From Anaerolineaceae bacterium (GTDB lineage: Bacteria > Chloroflexota > Anaerolineae > Anaerolineales > Anaerolineaceae), in the NCBI GenBank assembly GCA_037445245.1, contig JBBIKU010000001.1:6104-70103 (forward strand): 64,000 bases of DNA. Reading direction: 5' to 3'. This document shows positions 9,305 to 18,814 of the stretch, one piece after another; the first letter of the stretch is position 1; every line of letters begins with the position of its first letter. The position numbers and the translations under genes are program-made. The notes beneath the pieces were generated by a model. The model did no database searches. It was given only the letters and a program-made list of their open reading frames with translations, and had not been told where the DNA came from.

Positions 9305-10198
9305 TTATACCTTGCGCGTGCGGGGATCGAGCACCTCGCGGATACCATCCCCCATCAGATTGAAGACCAACACAGTCAGAAAAATGGCAAGACCAGGGAA
9401 AGTGCTGTACCACCAGGCGTTCAAGAAATAGGTGCGGCTGGTTGAGATCAACAGACCCCACTCCGGAGTTGGCGGCTGGGCACCCAACCCCAAAAAGCTC
9501 AGGGCTGCAATGGTGAGGATCACACCACCCAGGTCCATCGAAGCCTGCACGATCACCGGCGCCATGCAGTTGGGCAAAATGTGCTGAAAGATGATGCGCG
9601 TGGAGGAAGTGCCGATCGCCCGGGCTGCTCGCACGAATTGCCGCTCGCGGATCGAAACCGCCTGCCCTCGGATCAGACGGGTATACCAGGGCCACCACGA
9701 GATGGCAATCGCCAGCATGGCATTTTCAAGCGTAGGTCCTAGAAAGGCAGCGATCGCAATTGCCAGCAGCAATGGTGGAAAAGAGAGGAAGATATCGGTG
9801 ATGCGCATAATGACCTCGTCCAGAAAGCCGCTCACTGCGCCAGCAACCGCACCCAGTGGCACGCCGATTAACAACGCCAGGGCAACTGCAATCAACGCAG
9901 TTTGCAACGAAATGCGGGTGCCATAAAGCACTCGGCTGAAGAGGTCACGCCCCAGTTCATCCGTGCCAAACCAGTAGCGGGCAGATGGCGGTTGAAGCCG
10001 ATCGACCGGATTGGTCTCGCGCATGATTAAATGAGGATAAGGAGCGATAAAGGGTGCAAAAATAGCGATCAGAAATAACACAACAATAATGATCAACGAA
10101 ACGCGTTGCAGACGGTTCTTGTTGAGCAGGTGAAATGAGAACCGCAATTCCTTCAGGGCGGGGCGTGATTTGTTGAAGTATGATCGCAAAACGCTCAT
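9305..10198 (-). CDS. ABC transporter permease (OppC/DppC-like)
   Basis: 297 aa, about 6 TM helices, N-terminal OppC-type region, binding-protein-dependent transport signature. Confidence 0.85.
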   Translation of the reverse strand: MSVLRSYFNKSRPALKELRFSFHLLNKNRLQRVSLIIIVVLFLIAIFAPFIAPYPHLIMRETNPVDRLQPPSARYWFGTDELGRDLFSRVLYGTRISLQTALIAVALALLIGVPLGAVAGAVSGFLDEVIMRITDIFLSFPPLLLAIAIAAFLGPTLENAMLAIAISWWPWYTRLIRGQAVSIRERQFVRAARAIGTSSTRIIFQHILPNCMAPVIVQASMDLGGVILTIAALSFLGLGAQPPTPEWGLLISTSRTYFLNAWWYSTFPGLAIFLTVLVFNLMGDGIREVLDPRTRKV

Positions 10199-10206
10199 TC
10201 CACTCC

Positions 10207-11217
10207 TTAAACCCTGACGCGGGGATCCAGTGCCACAACGATGTCAGCAATCAAGTTGAGCACCACATACGAGAGCGCCGAAAAAATGGTCACGCCCATG
10301 ATGGCGGGATAATCCAACCCGATGACGGCAGTAGCAATATAGCTGCCGATGCCGGGCCAGGCAAAGATCGTCTCGGTCAAGAAGGTATTAACCAGGGTGT
10401 AGCCGATCGAAAGCGCCACCACAGTCGAAGTCGGACCGAGCGAATTTTTAAGAGCGTATGCCCACAACACGGTACGCTCGGCGAGACCGTAAGAACGGGC
10501 AGCGGTGATATAATCTTCGTTCAGAATCTCCAGGAGGGCAGAGCGGGTCATTCGGGCGACCAATCCGATCGGGTAGAGAGCAATCGTGATCCCCGGTAGA
10601 ATCAAATGCCAGATGGCGTTGAGAAACAACACAAAATTGCCGGTGATCAGGGTGTCGAAGGTCAAAAAGCCGGTGATCTTGGGGATTTCCATTGTCAGTC
10701 TTAAGTGAGTTGAAAGCTGCCCTCCCATCGGCATAATTCCCAGAATGCGAAAAAAGACTAGCTGCAAAATCAACCCAATCCAAAAGGTAGGTAATGAGAC
10801 CACTCCCACCGAAAAGAGGCGGCTGATGTGGTCAACCATCTCGTTTTTGCGCTTGGCAGAAATCACCCCCAGTGGGATGCCAATCAATACGGCTGCTAAG
10901 GTAGAAAGCAGCACCAGCTCTACCGTCGCCGGCAGGCTGGCTTTTAACTCTTGGCTGATCGGCTGTCGGGTGCGCAGCGAATGACCTAGATTGCCCTGCA
11001 GCAAATCGGTCAAGTATTTGTAGAACTGAGCAGGCAGCGGCTTGTCCAATCCCAGTTCGAGGCGGGCTTGGACGATCTGAGCCGGCGTGGCGCGCGGTCC
11101 AGCCCACTTAGCTGCCGGATCAGATGGGACCACCCGAGCGAGGAAAAAGGTAATTAATATCACCCCCAGTAGCACAACACCACCCAGAAATAATCTGCGG
11201 ACGATAAACCTTATCAA
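10207..11217 (-). CDS. ABC transporter permease (OppB/DppB-like)
   Basis: 336 aa with the typical MIRFIVRRL... start and GNLGHSLRTRQPI block of OppB/DppB permeases. Confidence 0.85.
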   Translation of the reverse strand: MIRFIVRRLFLGGVVLLGVILITFFLARVVPSDPAAKWAGPRATPAQIVQARLELGLDKPLPAQFYKYLTDLLQGNLGHSLRTRQPISQELKASLPATVELVLLSTLAAVLIGIPLGVISAKRKNEMVDHISRLFSVGVVSLPTFWIGLILQLVFFRILGIMPMGGQLSTHLRLTMEIPKITGFLTFDTLITGNFVLFLNAIWHLILPGITIALYPIGLVARMTRSALLEILNEDYITAARSYGLAERTVLWAYALKNSLGPTSTVVALSIGYTLVNTFLTETIFAWPGIGSYIATAVIGLDYPAIMGVTIFSALSYVVLNLIADIVVALDPRVRV

Positions 11218-11338
11218 AATGACACCTCAATCCCGTTCACGTCGGATGAGTCGTAAACGGGTGAAGCGAAGGTGCGCGCCAGCCAAACGGTTATATCTTC
11301 GCTGGCGCGCACTTGCAAGATTAGCGGATTACGCCTTA

Positions 11339-12910
11339 CTACTCAAGTGTTGCCTCGTAGAAGAAGATCACGGTGGGATAAGCCGGGTTGGGCTTGAAAC
11401 CGGTGAAATTCTTGGTGGTGACCCAGATGTACTCTTTGTCATAGATGAAGAGGCTGGGTGCGTCTGCGATCAGAATATTTTGGGCGTCAATGAACATGGC
11501 TTCAGCTTTTTCCCGATCCAAAGCGGTCAGCTCGTTGGCGGCATCGATCATCTCATCGAATTCAGGATTTTTGTAGTAAGCCAGATTGAAGAAGATCTCG
11601 TCTTCAGAATGGAACGGGCTGTACAGGAAGGAATAGGGGCTGGGAAGATCAGGCCACCAATAGAAGACAAAAATATCCTGGCGCTGGCGGGGGTCCGGAT
11701 TTCTAGCCAGATCCCACTGACTGTCCCACGGCATGCCGCGAATTTCCAGATCGATATTCAACTTGGCAAGTTCTGCCTTGTAGAGTTCCATGGCGCCTTT
11801 TTCGGCTTCATCGCCGGAGAGGTAGGTCGCCAGCAAACTGAAACCACCTTCAGGGTAACCAGCCTCGGTCAGCAGCTCTTTGGCTTTGTCCAGGTTGTAG
11901 CTGTACTGGTAGAGATCCTCGCCGTGACCCCACATACCAACCGGCACGGCACCCTTGGACTGCGAGGCATAGCCGCCAATGGTGAAGTCGATCACGTCAT
12001 CGTAAGGGAAGGCATACGAAAGTGCCTGGCGCACCAGCACGTTATCGAGTGGTTCTTTCTCGGTATTGAAGGTCGCCAGTAGATTCTGGAAGGATGGATA
12101 AACACCGACAACCACGTCTGGATTGTCCATGAGGGCATTAACATCGGAGAAAGGCAATTCGTGGGTGACACTGGCTTCGCCCGTTTCAATCAATTGGCGG
12201 CGAGTAGCCGGCTCACCGATCTTTTTGATCACCACGGTGGTGATTTGATTATCCGCCCAGCCTCCCCAGTAGTCATCAAACTTTTCGAGCACCACTTCAT
12301 CACCCCACACATAGCTCTTGAGCTTGTAGGGTCCGGTGCCAGAGGCGTTGCCAGCCTGGAACCAATCATCGTTGTCGCGCAGCTCTTTGGGAGAGTAGAT
12401 GAAGGCGGCGTAACCGGTGGCGGCAACCAGATCAAGGGGCGATGGGTACGTCAGTTGGAACTCTACGGTGTAATCATCGATAACATTAATCTTTTCCACC
12501 GCATCCCAGATGTATGCGGCGCCACTACCCAGCCTCATGGTGCGCTCAATTGAGAATTTCACTGCCTCGGCATTGAAGTCGCTGCCGTCGTGGAACTTCA
12601 CTCCCTGGCGCAACTTAAAAGTCCAAGTAAGACCGTCCTCGCTGACATCGTACTCGGTTGCGAGCAAGGGAATGATCTCGTCACGTTCAGGGTCGTAGCG
12701 CAGTAGTTGCTCGTAGATATTGTTCATAACGTGAATGCCGTTGGAGAATTCAATGGCTGGGTCCCAATTCGTCAGCGGTTCGCTGTTGTAGGCATACAAT
12801 GCATACCGGGTTTCCGCCGGTGCTTGTTCGCGGGCACATCCGCTCAGCGCCAGGCTGAGAACAATCAGGATGCCCATAAACACATACAGGGCTTTACGGG
12901 ATTGACACAT
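11339..12910 (-). CDS. ABC transporter substrate-binding lipoprotein, family 5 (peptide/nickel/opine type)
   Basis: 523 aa with a signal peptide and lipobox LALSGC, and a family-5 SBP layout (...LTNWDPA..., GTGPYKLKSY...). Confidence 0.85.
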   Translation of the reverse strand: MCQSRKALYVFMGILIVLSLALSGCAREQAPAETRYALYAYNSEPLTNWDPAIEFSNGIHVMNNIYEQLLRYDPERDEIIPLLATEYDVSEDGLTWTFKLRQGVKFHDGSDFNAEAVKFSIERTMRLGSGAAYIWDAVEKINVIDDYTVEFQLTYPSPLDLVAATGYAAFIYSPKELRDNDDWFQAGNASGTGPYKLKSYVWGDEVVLEKFDDYWGGWADNQITTVVIKKIGEPATRRQLIETGEASVTHELPFSDVNALMDNPDVVVGVYPSFQNLLATFNTEKEPLDNVLVRQALSYAFPYDDVIDFTIGGYASQSKGAVPVGMWGHGEDLYQYSYNLDKAKELLTEAGYPEGGFSLLATYLSGDEAEKGAMELYKAELAKLNIDLEIRGMPWDSQWDLARNPDPRQRQDIFVFYWWPDLPSPYSFLYSPFHSEDEIFFNLAYYKNPEFDEMIDAANELTALDREKAEAMFIDAQNILIADAPSLFIYDKEYIWVTTKNFTGFKPNPAYPTVIFFYEATLE

Positions 12911-13004
12911 TTTTTCTTCCTCCTTCTTTTGGTAGATAGCTTATCGGATGTCCTATGTTCGGAATCATCCATGGGAATAAATCTGACTGCGTCATGCTCA
13001 GCAG

Positions 13005-14144
13005 TTACGCAATCAGCGCCTCAATAGGGGTGTAATCAAAGCCAAAACCCCAATAGCGCGGTCCAAAGAAAGCTAATCCGGCTGCACTTCTGAACAATTC
13101 ATATCCAGGCGCTCCCAATACCACTACAGGCATGCCGGCTTTGACATCTGTGTTGGTGTACCCTTCGCCGGTCTGAGGGTCTGCCAGAATGATCAAATCC
13201 GGACTGCAAACATATGGTCTATCATCCAGCCAGGTGACGTGGTTCTCGTTGAAAAACCAGACTTCCATGCGCTGTCCACTGTTTTCACCAATGCCCCTGA
13301 GACGAGTCGTTCCAACCATCACGCCGTCCTTGTCAGTCCATTCTTTTTCGATCACCTCACCTTTGAAAAGCAGCCAGCCGCCCAGGGCTTCCAATGCAGC
13401 GCCAACTGCGTTATTTCTATTTTCGACTGCCCTATGAATGGCGCGCCCCAACTCGAGGCTGCGGGTCAGCGTACCTGGCACCACCAGGTCGCGGGTTTGC
13501 TGTGCGGTCAACAAGATCGAAGCGCAATACACCAAGCCATAACTGGCAACGCTCAATAGTTTACCGATCCGCTCGCCCATCTCGGCGTTGACCGTCTCTT
13601 TGAGGATGATCACATTCCCCCACCAGTCTACAATGGCAGCGGGGTAAGTTTTGACGCCCTTGAGAAAATAGGTGGTTTGCATATCCTGCGGAACCGCTCT
13701 GCCGCTGTAATCACCGTCCACAACCGGGATTCCTAAGCGCGCCCCAGTTACGAGCGGCGCCGGGGTATTTGAAGCGCCCAATTCGACCGGGACAATGGCG
13801 CCGATCTTGACCCCGGCGTAATCCCCCAGTTCCCTCACCGCCACCTCAATTGCCCGGTAACCGTGCTTGTTCTGCAATCCTAGCCGTTCTCCAAGACAGT
13901 CGATATCCTCCAGGCAGCGGGGGGTGTCTTCAGAGATAGAACCTGAAGCGAATGGCGTGCAACTGTAAGTGCCTTCAGGAATATCGGCGGCGTCCATCCA
14001 GCGCAGCGTGTGTCCCTCTTCCAGAGCTGCCGTCAGCATTTCCATTCCGGATTCGATATGTCCACCCCCACCGGTGCCGAACAGCCGTACACCGCTGAGA
14101 AAGTCCTTACAGTCTTGAAGAGTCTTTAATGTGTGGCTCGGCAT
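13005..14144 (-). CDS. DUF917-family protein (second paralogue)
   Basis: 379 aa with the GVRLFGTGGGGH motif, collinear with 5098-6228. Confidence 0.7.
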   Translation of the reverse strand: MPSHTLKTLQDCKDFLSGVRLFGTGGGGHIESGMEMLTAALEEGHTLRWMDAADIPEGTYSCTPFASGSISEDTPRCLEDIDCLGERLGLQNKHGYRAIEVAVRELGDYAGVKIGAIVPVELGASNTPAPLVTGARLGIPVVDGDYSGRAVPQDMQTTYFLKGVKTYPAAIVDWWGNVIILKETVNAEMGERIGKLLSVASYGLVYCASILLTAQQTRDLVVPGTLTRSLELGRAIHRAVENRNNAVGAALEALGGWLLFKGEVIEKEWTDKDGVMVGTTRLRGIGENSGQRMEVWFFNENHVTWLDDRPYVCSPDLIILADPQTGEGYTNTDVKAGMPVVVLGAPGYELFRSAAGLAFFGPRYWGFGFDYTPIEALIA

Positions 14145-14494
14145 CTTCGGTCTCCTAAAGTTACGCCGCGCGTTAACATTTTGGGTTGGTCTATATTATC
14201 GTCAGATAGACGCTGCTGCATCTCGATCGCCAGATCGCTCACCATGCGCTCCAAATAGGCTTGCAAACGTTGATCATCCATGCTGTCGCTGCGTTGCTGG
14301 TCAAGCTGCTGTTTCAAGCGACGCAGCGCATCATCCAATAAATCGTTCTGCTCCATGATGTCCATCAATCTGCCGGCAGCCTCCAGTAGTCGGAAAGTAC
14401 CATACCCGGCTGGTTCGTTACTCAGTCCGCTTGCGCTGACCACCAGAAAGGTAATCAATGAAAACAGATCTTGGCGCAATGTTTCTGCGCTCAT
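14126..14494 (-). CDS. Hypothetical small helical protein
   Basis: 122 aa. Its ATG overlaps the nitroreductase stop (ATGA at 14491-14494) and its 3' end overlaps the DUF917 start by 19 nt, consistent with translational coupling. I recognise no family. Confidence 0.5.
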   Translation of the reverse strand: MSAETLRQDLFSLITFLVVSASGLSNEPAGYGTFRLLEAAGRLMDIMEQNDLLDDALRRLKQQLDQQRSDSMDDQRLQAYLERMVSDLAIEMQQRLSDDNIDQPKMLTRGVTLGDRRCRATH

Positions 14495-15021
14495 ACTTTA
14501 CTCGCACACTTTTCGTAAAACAACGTGTCGTCTAACGGGCGCTGCATCGGTGGCTGCGGAACGCTTTGCGGATAACCGAGCGCCACCAGCAACACGGGGT
14601 GCAGGTGTGCGGGCAACTCAAGCAGCGTGACGATCGCCTGGGCGTGGAACGAGGCAATCGGGCAGGCGCCCAACCCCAGGTGGTGGGCTTGCAGCAGAAT
14701 ATTCTGCATGGCGGCACCCATATCCAGCCAGCTTGAACAGTCCGTCGAGGCGCGCTGATGATTCAAGCAAAGTGCAATCACCGCCTGCGGCGTGCCGCTC
14801 ATCCCCGGCGCGAAGGATTGCAATGTCTTCCGTCGCTGCGGCTGACGGACAACAACAAACACCCATGGTTGGGAATTACTCCCACTGGGAGCAGCCGCCC
14901 CTGCTTGCACCAGGCTAATAAGCGTCTCATCATCGATTGTCTGCTCTGTATAACTGCGCACACTGCGTCGAGTTTGAATGGCTTCGGTTACATCCATGGT
15001 GGGTGAAGTAACTCCTCTCAT
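14491..15021 (-). CDS. Nitroreductase-family flavoprotein
   Basis: 176 aa with RRSVRSYT near the N-terminus and SGSNSQPW. An alternative start is ATG 14997. Confidence 0.8.
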   Translation of the reverse strand: MRGVTSPTMDVTEAIQTRRSVRSYTEQTIDDETLISLVQAGAAAPSGSNSQPWVFVVVRQPQRRKTLQSFAPGMSGTPQAVIALCLNHQRASTDCSSWLDMGAAMQNILLQAHHLGLGACPIASFHAQAIVTLLELPAHLHPVLLVALGYPQSVPQPPMQRPLDDTLFYEKCASKV

Positions 15022-15024
15022 TAT

Positions 15025-16560
15025 TCAGGGTGTTGCCGCCAAACGGGGATACCCGGCAACCCATTTGACCGGTGGCATGGGATAGGTAAGTTTGCTTTGC
15101 GCCAACCCTAAATCGACCAGCGCTTCGGCAAACTTCGCTGCCGCCCGCAAAGGATCGATCACCGGCACATCCAATCCTTTTTCCAACAGCCCGCGTTCCA
15201 ACGCTTCAGCCACCGCAATCATACCTGTGCAACCGGGGATCAAGAGGTGGGCGCCATCCTCCAAAACCGCCTGCGCACCTTCCCGGATGGCGGCTTGCAG
15301 CAGGCGTTCGGGACGCTGTTCCACCTGGCGGGGCGAAAGACCAACAGCCCGCACCGACGCCAGCCTGTCAGTCAAACTGTATCCGGTTGCCAGGTTTTCA
15401 AAGTCATGCTGCCGTTCTACCAACGTCCCCAGGACTGAAAAGCGATGTGAAAGCGAGGCGGCGAGATACATACTGGTCTGACAGGGTCCAACTACAGGGA
15501 TGGTGGTAATCTCACGCGCTGCTTCCAGAGCAGGGTCGTACATGCAATCGATGATTGCCGCGTCAGCACCTTCCTGCTGCGCCTGCTTCACCTGGCTGAG
15601 AATGGCCGGACTTGCTTGCACCACATAATAGGGCGAGAGAATCGAGGCAGGTCCTTCTTCTATGGCGGCGATGCTAACCTTGCTATCCGGACGCACCCCG
15701 GCGCGGTAAGCTGCCAGCGATTCCAGCAGCCAGTTGTCGGCGCGGTCGCCTCGCGTCACCGGCACAATCACGCGCAGATGCGGTTTCGTATTCAATTCAC
15801 CCCAAGCCACCAGTGACGCGTGCGAGTGGTCAAAAGTTTCTTGCGCCACGGCTGAGCATTCCAGCAGGGGATACGTGCGTCGGCTGGGAGCCAGTCCCAG
15901 CTCTACCAACATCTCAGCCCATTTGAGCGCCGCTAGTGACGGATCAATCACGATGACATCCCAGCCCTGTTGCGCCAATCGCTCCTGAAGCGATCGTGCC
16001 ATCCCTTTCATTCCGGTGCAGCCGAAAACAATCGCCTGCGCGCCATCCTCCTGTATTGCCTGGAGTGATTCTGCCACCAGCATTTCCAACATGCGCTCGC
16101 GGTCGTTAGAAAGCGCCAGCACCGGAATATCCACCCACCGCGTTGATGCATAGCGCCTAACCACATCATACTGACGAACCAGACGTTCAACAACATACAC
16201 ATCGCGCCGATCGGTACTAATCACCGAAAAACGTCCAGCCAGCATGGCAGCAAACAACATGGCGGACTGCGCCACCCCCACCACCGGAATGGAGACCGCT
16301 TCACGAGCTGCTTCAAGCCCAGGATCATTCATGCAGTCGATGACAACCGCATCAATGTCCTCCTGCTGCGCTTGGCGGGTCTTCCGTAGCACATCCGGTG
16401 CAGCCAAGGCGTCTTCAAACAGTGATTCGACCGAAGCCGGACCAGAATCCAGGCAGACCACGCTGATCTCGCAATCCGGGCGGGCAGCCGCGGTATAAAC
16501 CGGCAGGGTTGAATCCGCAAAGGATCGGGTGACAACCGGAGCAATAACACGAACTTTCAT
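15025..16560 (-). CDS. Tandem-duplicated Asp/Glu/hydantoin racemase-family protein
   Basis: 511 aa made of two collinear HyuE-like halves. Each half has GPASxxS, (V/I)IDCM.DPxLEAAREx..IPVVG and GCTGM blocks. Confidence 0.75.
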   Translation of the reverse strand: MKVRVIAPVVTRSFADSTLPVYTAAARPDCEISVVCLDSGPASVESLFEDALAAPDVLRKTRQAQQEDIDAVVIDCMNDPGLEAAREAVSIPVVGVAQSAMLFAAMLAGRFSVISTDRRDVYVVERLVRQYDVVRRYASTRWVDIPVLALSNDRERMLEMLVAESLQAIQEDGAQAIVFGCTGMKGMARSLQERLAQQGWDVIVIDPSLAALKWAEMLVELGLAPSRRTYPLLECSAVAQETFDHSHASLVAWGELNTKPHLRVIVPVTRGDRADNWLLESLAAYRAGVRPDSKVSIAAIEEGPASILSPYYVVQASPAILSQVKQAQQEGADAAIIDCMYDPALEAAREITTIPVVGPCQTSMYLAASLSHRFSVLGTLVERQHDFENLATGYSLTDRLASVRAVGLSPRQVEQRPERLLQAAIREGAQAVLEDGAHLLIPGCTGMIAVAEALERGLLEKGLDVPVIDPLRAAAKFAEALVDLGLAQSKLTYPMPPVKWVAGYPRLAATP

Positions 16561-16745
16561 CGGAACTCAGTTTCAATATCAGCAGGGATCTAAGACGCAA
16601 CGTTTGACGAAACAGGTCGCGTCTGCACCAACAAAGAGGCAATTATGATGCAAGAACCACAAGTATACATTCTTGATATTATACAATAAAATTTATCTCA
16701 TATTTTCTTGCATATGCGCATACGAACGAAGTACAATCGCGCACA

Positions 16746-17321
16746 ATGCGAATAGATCATTTCGACCTGCTCGCTCCATTCTACAAGCGTTTCATCCAAC
16801 CCAAAACACCGGAAAGGCTGCTGTCACTTCTAGCGTTGCAGGCCGGACAGCGGGTACTGGATCGCGGCGGCGGTACCGGCAGGGTAGCGCAATATTTTAT
16901 CAAACACAGCGGGCAGGTAATCGTTGCGAATCTTTCTCTGCCCATGCTGCGCCAAGCCAGCCGCAAGGGCTCTCTGGAGATGGTCAACAGCTCCTCCGAA
17001 CAACTTCCTTTCCTCGCAAACGCCTTCGAGCGCATTCTGCTGGTGGATTCGTTGCATCATGTCAGCGATCAACGCTTGACCTTACTAGAAGCTTGGCGGT
17101 TGCTCGCGCCCGGCGGGCGGCTGGTGATCGAAGAGCCGGATATCCGCCAATGGATGGTGAAACTGTTGGCGACAGCCGAAAAACTGGCGCTGATGCGCAG
17201 TCATTTTCTGTTGCTGGACCAAATGCGGGCGTTGTGCGCTTTTCCCAGGGCGATGCGGCAGGCGTACTGCGAATCCGGTATAGTATGGTTAATGGCGATC
17301 AAGTCCCCGTCGATCACTTAA
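16746..17321 (+). CDS. Class I SAM-dependent methyltransferase
   Basis: 191 aa with motif I VLDRGGGTGR and a Methyltransf_11-like layout (LLAPGGRLVIEEP). Confidence 0.8.
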   Translation: MRIDHFDLLAPFYKRFIQPKTPERLLSLLALQAGQRVLDRGGGTGRVAQYFIKHSGQVIVANLSLPMLRQASRKGSLEMVNSSSEQLPFLANAFERILLVDSLHHVSDQRLTLLEAWRLLAPGGRLVIEEPDIRQWMVKLLATAEKLALMRSHFLLLDQMRALCAFPRAMRQAYCESGIVWLMAIKSPSIT

Positions 17322-17401
17322 ATGCTGGTATCATTCAACGTCGTTTGTTCATTCCCCTTATTATGTTAACAAATCACCTTGCCTGAACCTGCCCCACCTC
17401 A

Positions 17402-18808
17402 ATGGAATTAACCAGTCCCTATTTCGTCTTGTTCTTCACCGTCATTTTGATCATGTACTGGCTGCTCAGGCAGGCGCACCGTCAAAATTTCTTTCTGTTG
17501 GTTGCCAGCTACCTGTTTTATGCCTGGTTTGATGTGCTCTATACCGCTCTGCTGGCAATTTCTTCGGTAATTGATTACCATTTGGGGCGCGCTCTGGCAG
17601 GCGGGCATTCCCGACGCAAACTACTGCTGGTCATCAGCCTGACCCTCAACCTGGGCACGCTGGGGGTTTTCCGCTACTTTAATTTCTTCTCCGAGAGTGT
17701 AGCGGTTCTGCTTAACAGTCTTGGCTGGCGCGTTGATGCTGTCGTGCTCAACATTTTCGTTCCGCTAGGAATCTCCTTCTACACTTTCAAAAAAATCAGC
17801 TACATCATCGACGTCTACCGTACCGGAAAATCTCCCGCCGGAAATTTTGTCGAGTACGCTCTGTACGTGGCATTTTTTCCTCAGATTCTTGCTGGACCGA
17901 TCGAGCGTGCCCGCAAACTTATTCCCCAGTTTCAACAGACCAGAGTGTGGCGCGGTGAATTTTTCTACGATGCCTGGCAATTGTTATTGATGGGATTGTT
18001 CAAAAAGATCGTCATTGCCGATAGCATTGCTCTGGTGGCGAATCGCACCTTCATGCTCAGCGAACCATCAAAGGTGCTCGCCTTCGCCGCATCACTTGGG
18101 TTCACATTACAGATTCTGGCGGATTTTTCCGCCTACACAGATTTATCGCGCGGCTTTGCCCGCTTGCTCGGCTTTGAGACCTCCGAGAACTTTCACAGCC
18201 CGTACCTGGCGCGTACCCCGACTGAGTTCTGGAATCGCTGGCACATCACCCTCTCTGAATGGCTGCGGGATTATCTCTTCTTTCCCATTCGCCGCGCCCT
18301 TTTGCAGCGCGAGCGGACGCTTCACCCGGCTTTCGCCTGGGTCATCCCGCCGCTGGCGACCATGTTGTTGAGCGGGTTGTGGCACGGGGCTGGTTGGAAT
18401 TTCGTGTTGTGGGGATTGCTGCACGGCGTGCTGATTGCAGTTTATCAGGTACTTGGCTTTGGGGGTAGCTGGAGCCCGCGCGGCGCCCTGCGCCAGGTTG
18501 CTGCCTGGGCGGTCATGTTCGTCTTCATCATCTTTAGCTGGATAATCTTTCGGTCGCCCTCGCTTGATTGGTTCTCCAATGTCTTGCTGACTGCCCCATT
18601 CAGCCGCGGGCAGGCAGATTGGGTCGTCACACTTGCCAGTCTCTCCGCGGTTGCTTTCTACGCCGCTCCCTTGGTGATCAAGCTGCTCATCGATCGCTAC
18701 TTTACCCGCCTCCCCCTCATTGAACCAGCGTATTACGCCCTGGCGGCGGTGATGGTCGTCGTCTTCTCCGGCACGCCCGTACAAGATTTCGTTTACTTCC
18801 GCTTTTAA
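17402..18808 (+). CDS. MBOAT-family membrane O-acyltransferase (AlgI/DltB-like)
   Basis: 468 aa, polytopic, with ...FWNRWHITLSEWLRDYLFFP... and the conserved His in LSGLWHGAGWNF. Confidence 0.85.
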   Translation: MELTSPYFVLFFTVILIMYWLLRQAHRQNFFLLVASYLFYAWFDVLYTALLAISSVIDYHLGRALAGGHSRRKLLLVISLTLNLGTLGVFRYFNFFSESVAVLLNSLGWRVDAVVLNIFVPLGISFYTFKKISYIIDVYRTGKSPAGNFVEYALYVAFFPQILAGPIERARKLIPQFQQTRVWRGEFFYDAWQLLLMGLFKKIVIADSIALVANRTFMLSEPSKVLAFAASLGFTLQILADFSAYTDLSRGFARLLGFETSENFHSPYLARTPTEFWNRWHITLSEWLRDYLFFPIRRALLQRERTLHPAFAWVIPPLATMLLSGLWHGAGWNFVLWGLLHGVLIAVYQVLGFGGSWSPRGALRQVAAWAVMFVFIIFSWIIFRSPSLDWFSNVLLTAPFSRGQADWVVTLASLSAVAFYAAPLVIKLLIDRYFTRLPLIEPAYYALAAVMVVVFSGTPVQDFVYFRF

Positions 18809-18814
18809 CTGGCA

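Noticed and set aside
9294-9698. N-terminal extensions of ORF-track entries: 8322-9698, and likewise 23483-24619, 25330-26016 and 26592-27422.
   Set aside because: The extensions overlap the preceding gene and translate to non-protein-like sequence. Internal starts with an RBS, or with stop/start overlap, give products of canonical length (DppD-like, ApbE, RnfA, RnfG).
4023-12553. Many long antisense or alternative-frame ORFs inside clear genes, e.g. 4023-4592, 7701-8189, 7861-8292, 8544-9431, 11087-12082, 12161-12553. Similar ones occur elsewhere in the window.
   Set aside because: Each overlaps a gene with strong family motifs on the other strand or frame. Their translations are Arg/Ala/Gly/Pro-rich with no motifs or start context.
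18793-18804. TTACTTCCGCTT at the end of the MBOAT gene matches one arm of the recombinase-proximal inverted repeat in 11 of 12 positions.
   Set aside because: It is a single half-site without a partner arm. By my rough estimate, an 11/12 match somewhere in 128 kb of two-strand sequence is not improbable (about 0.3 expected).
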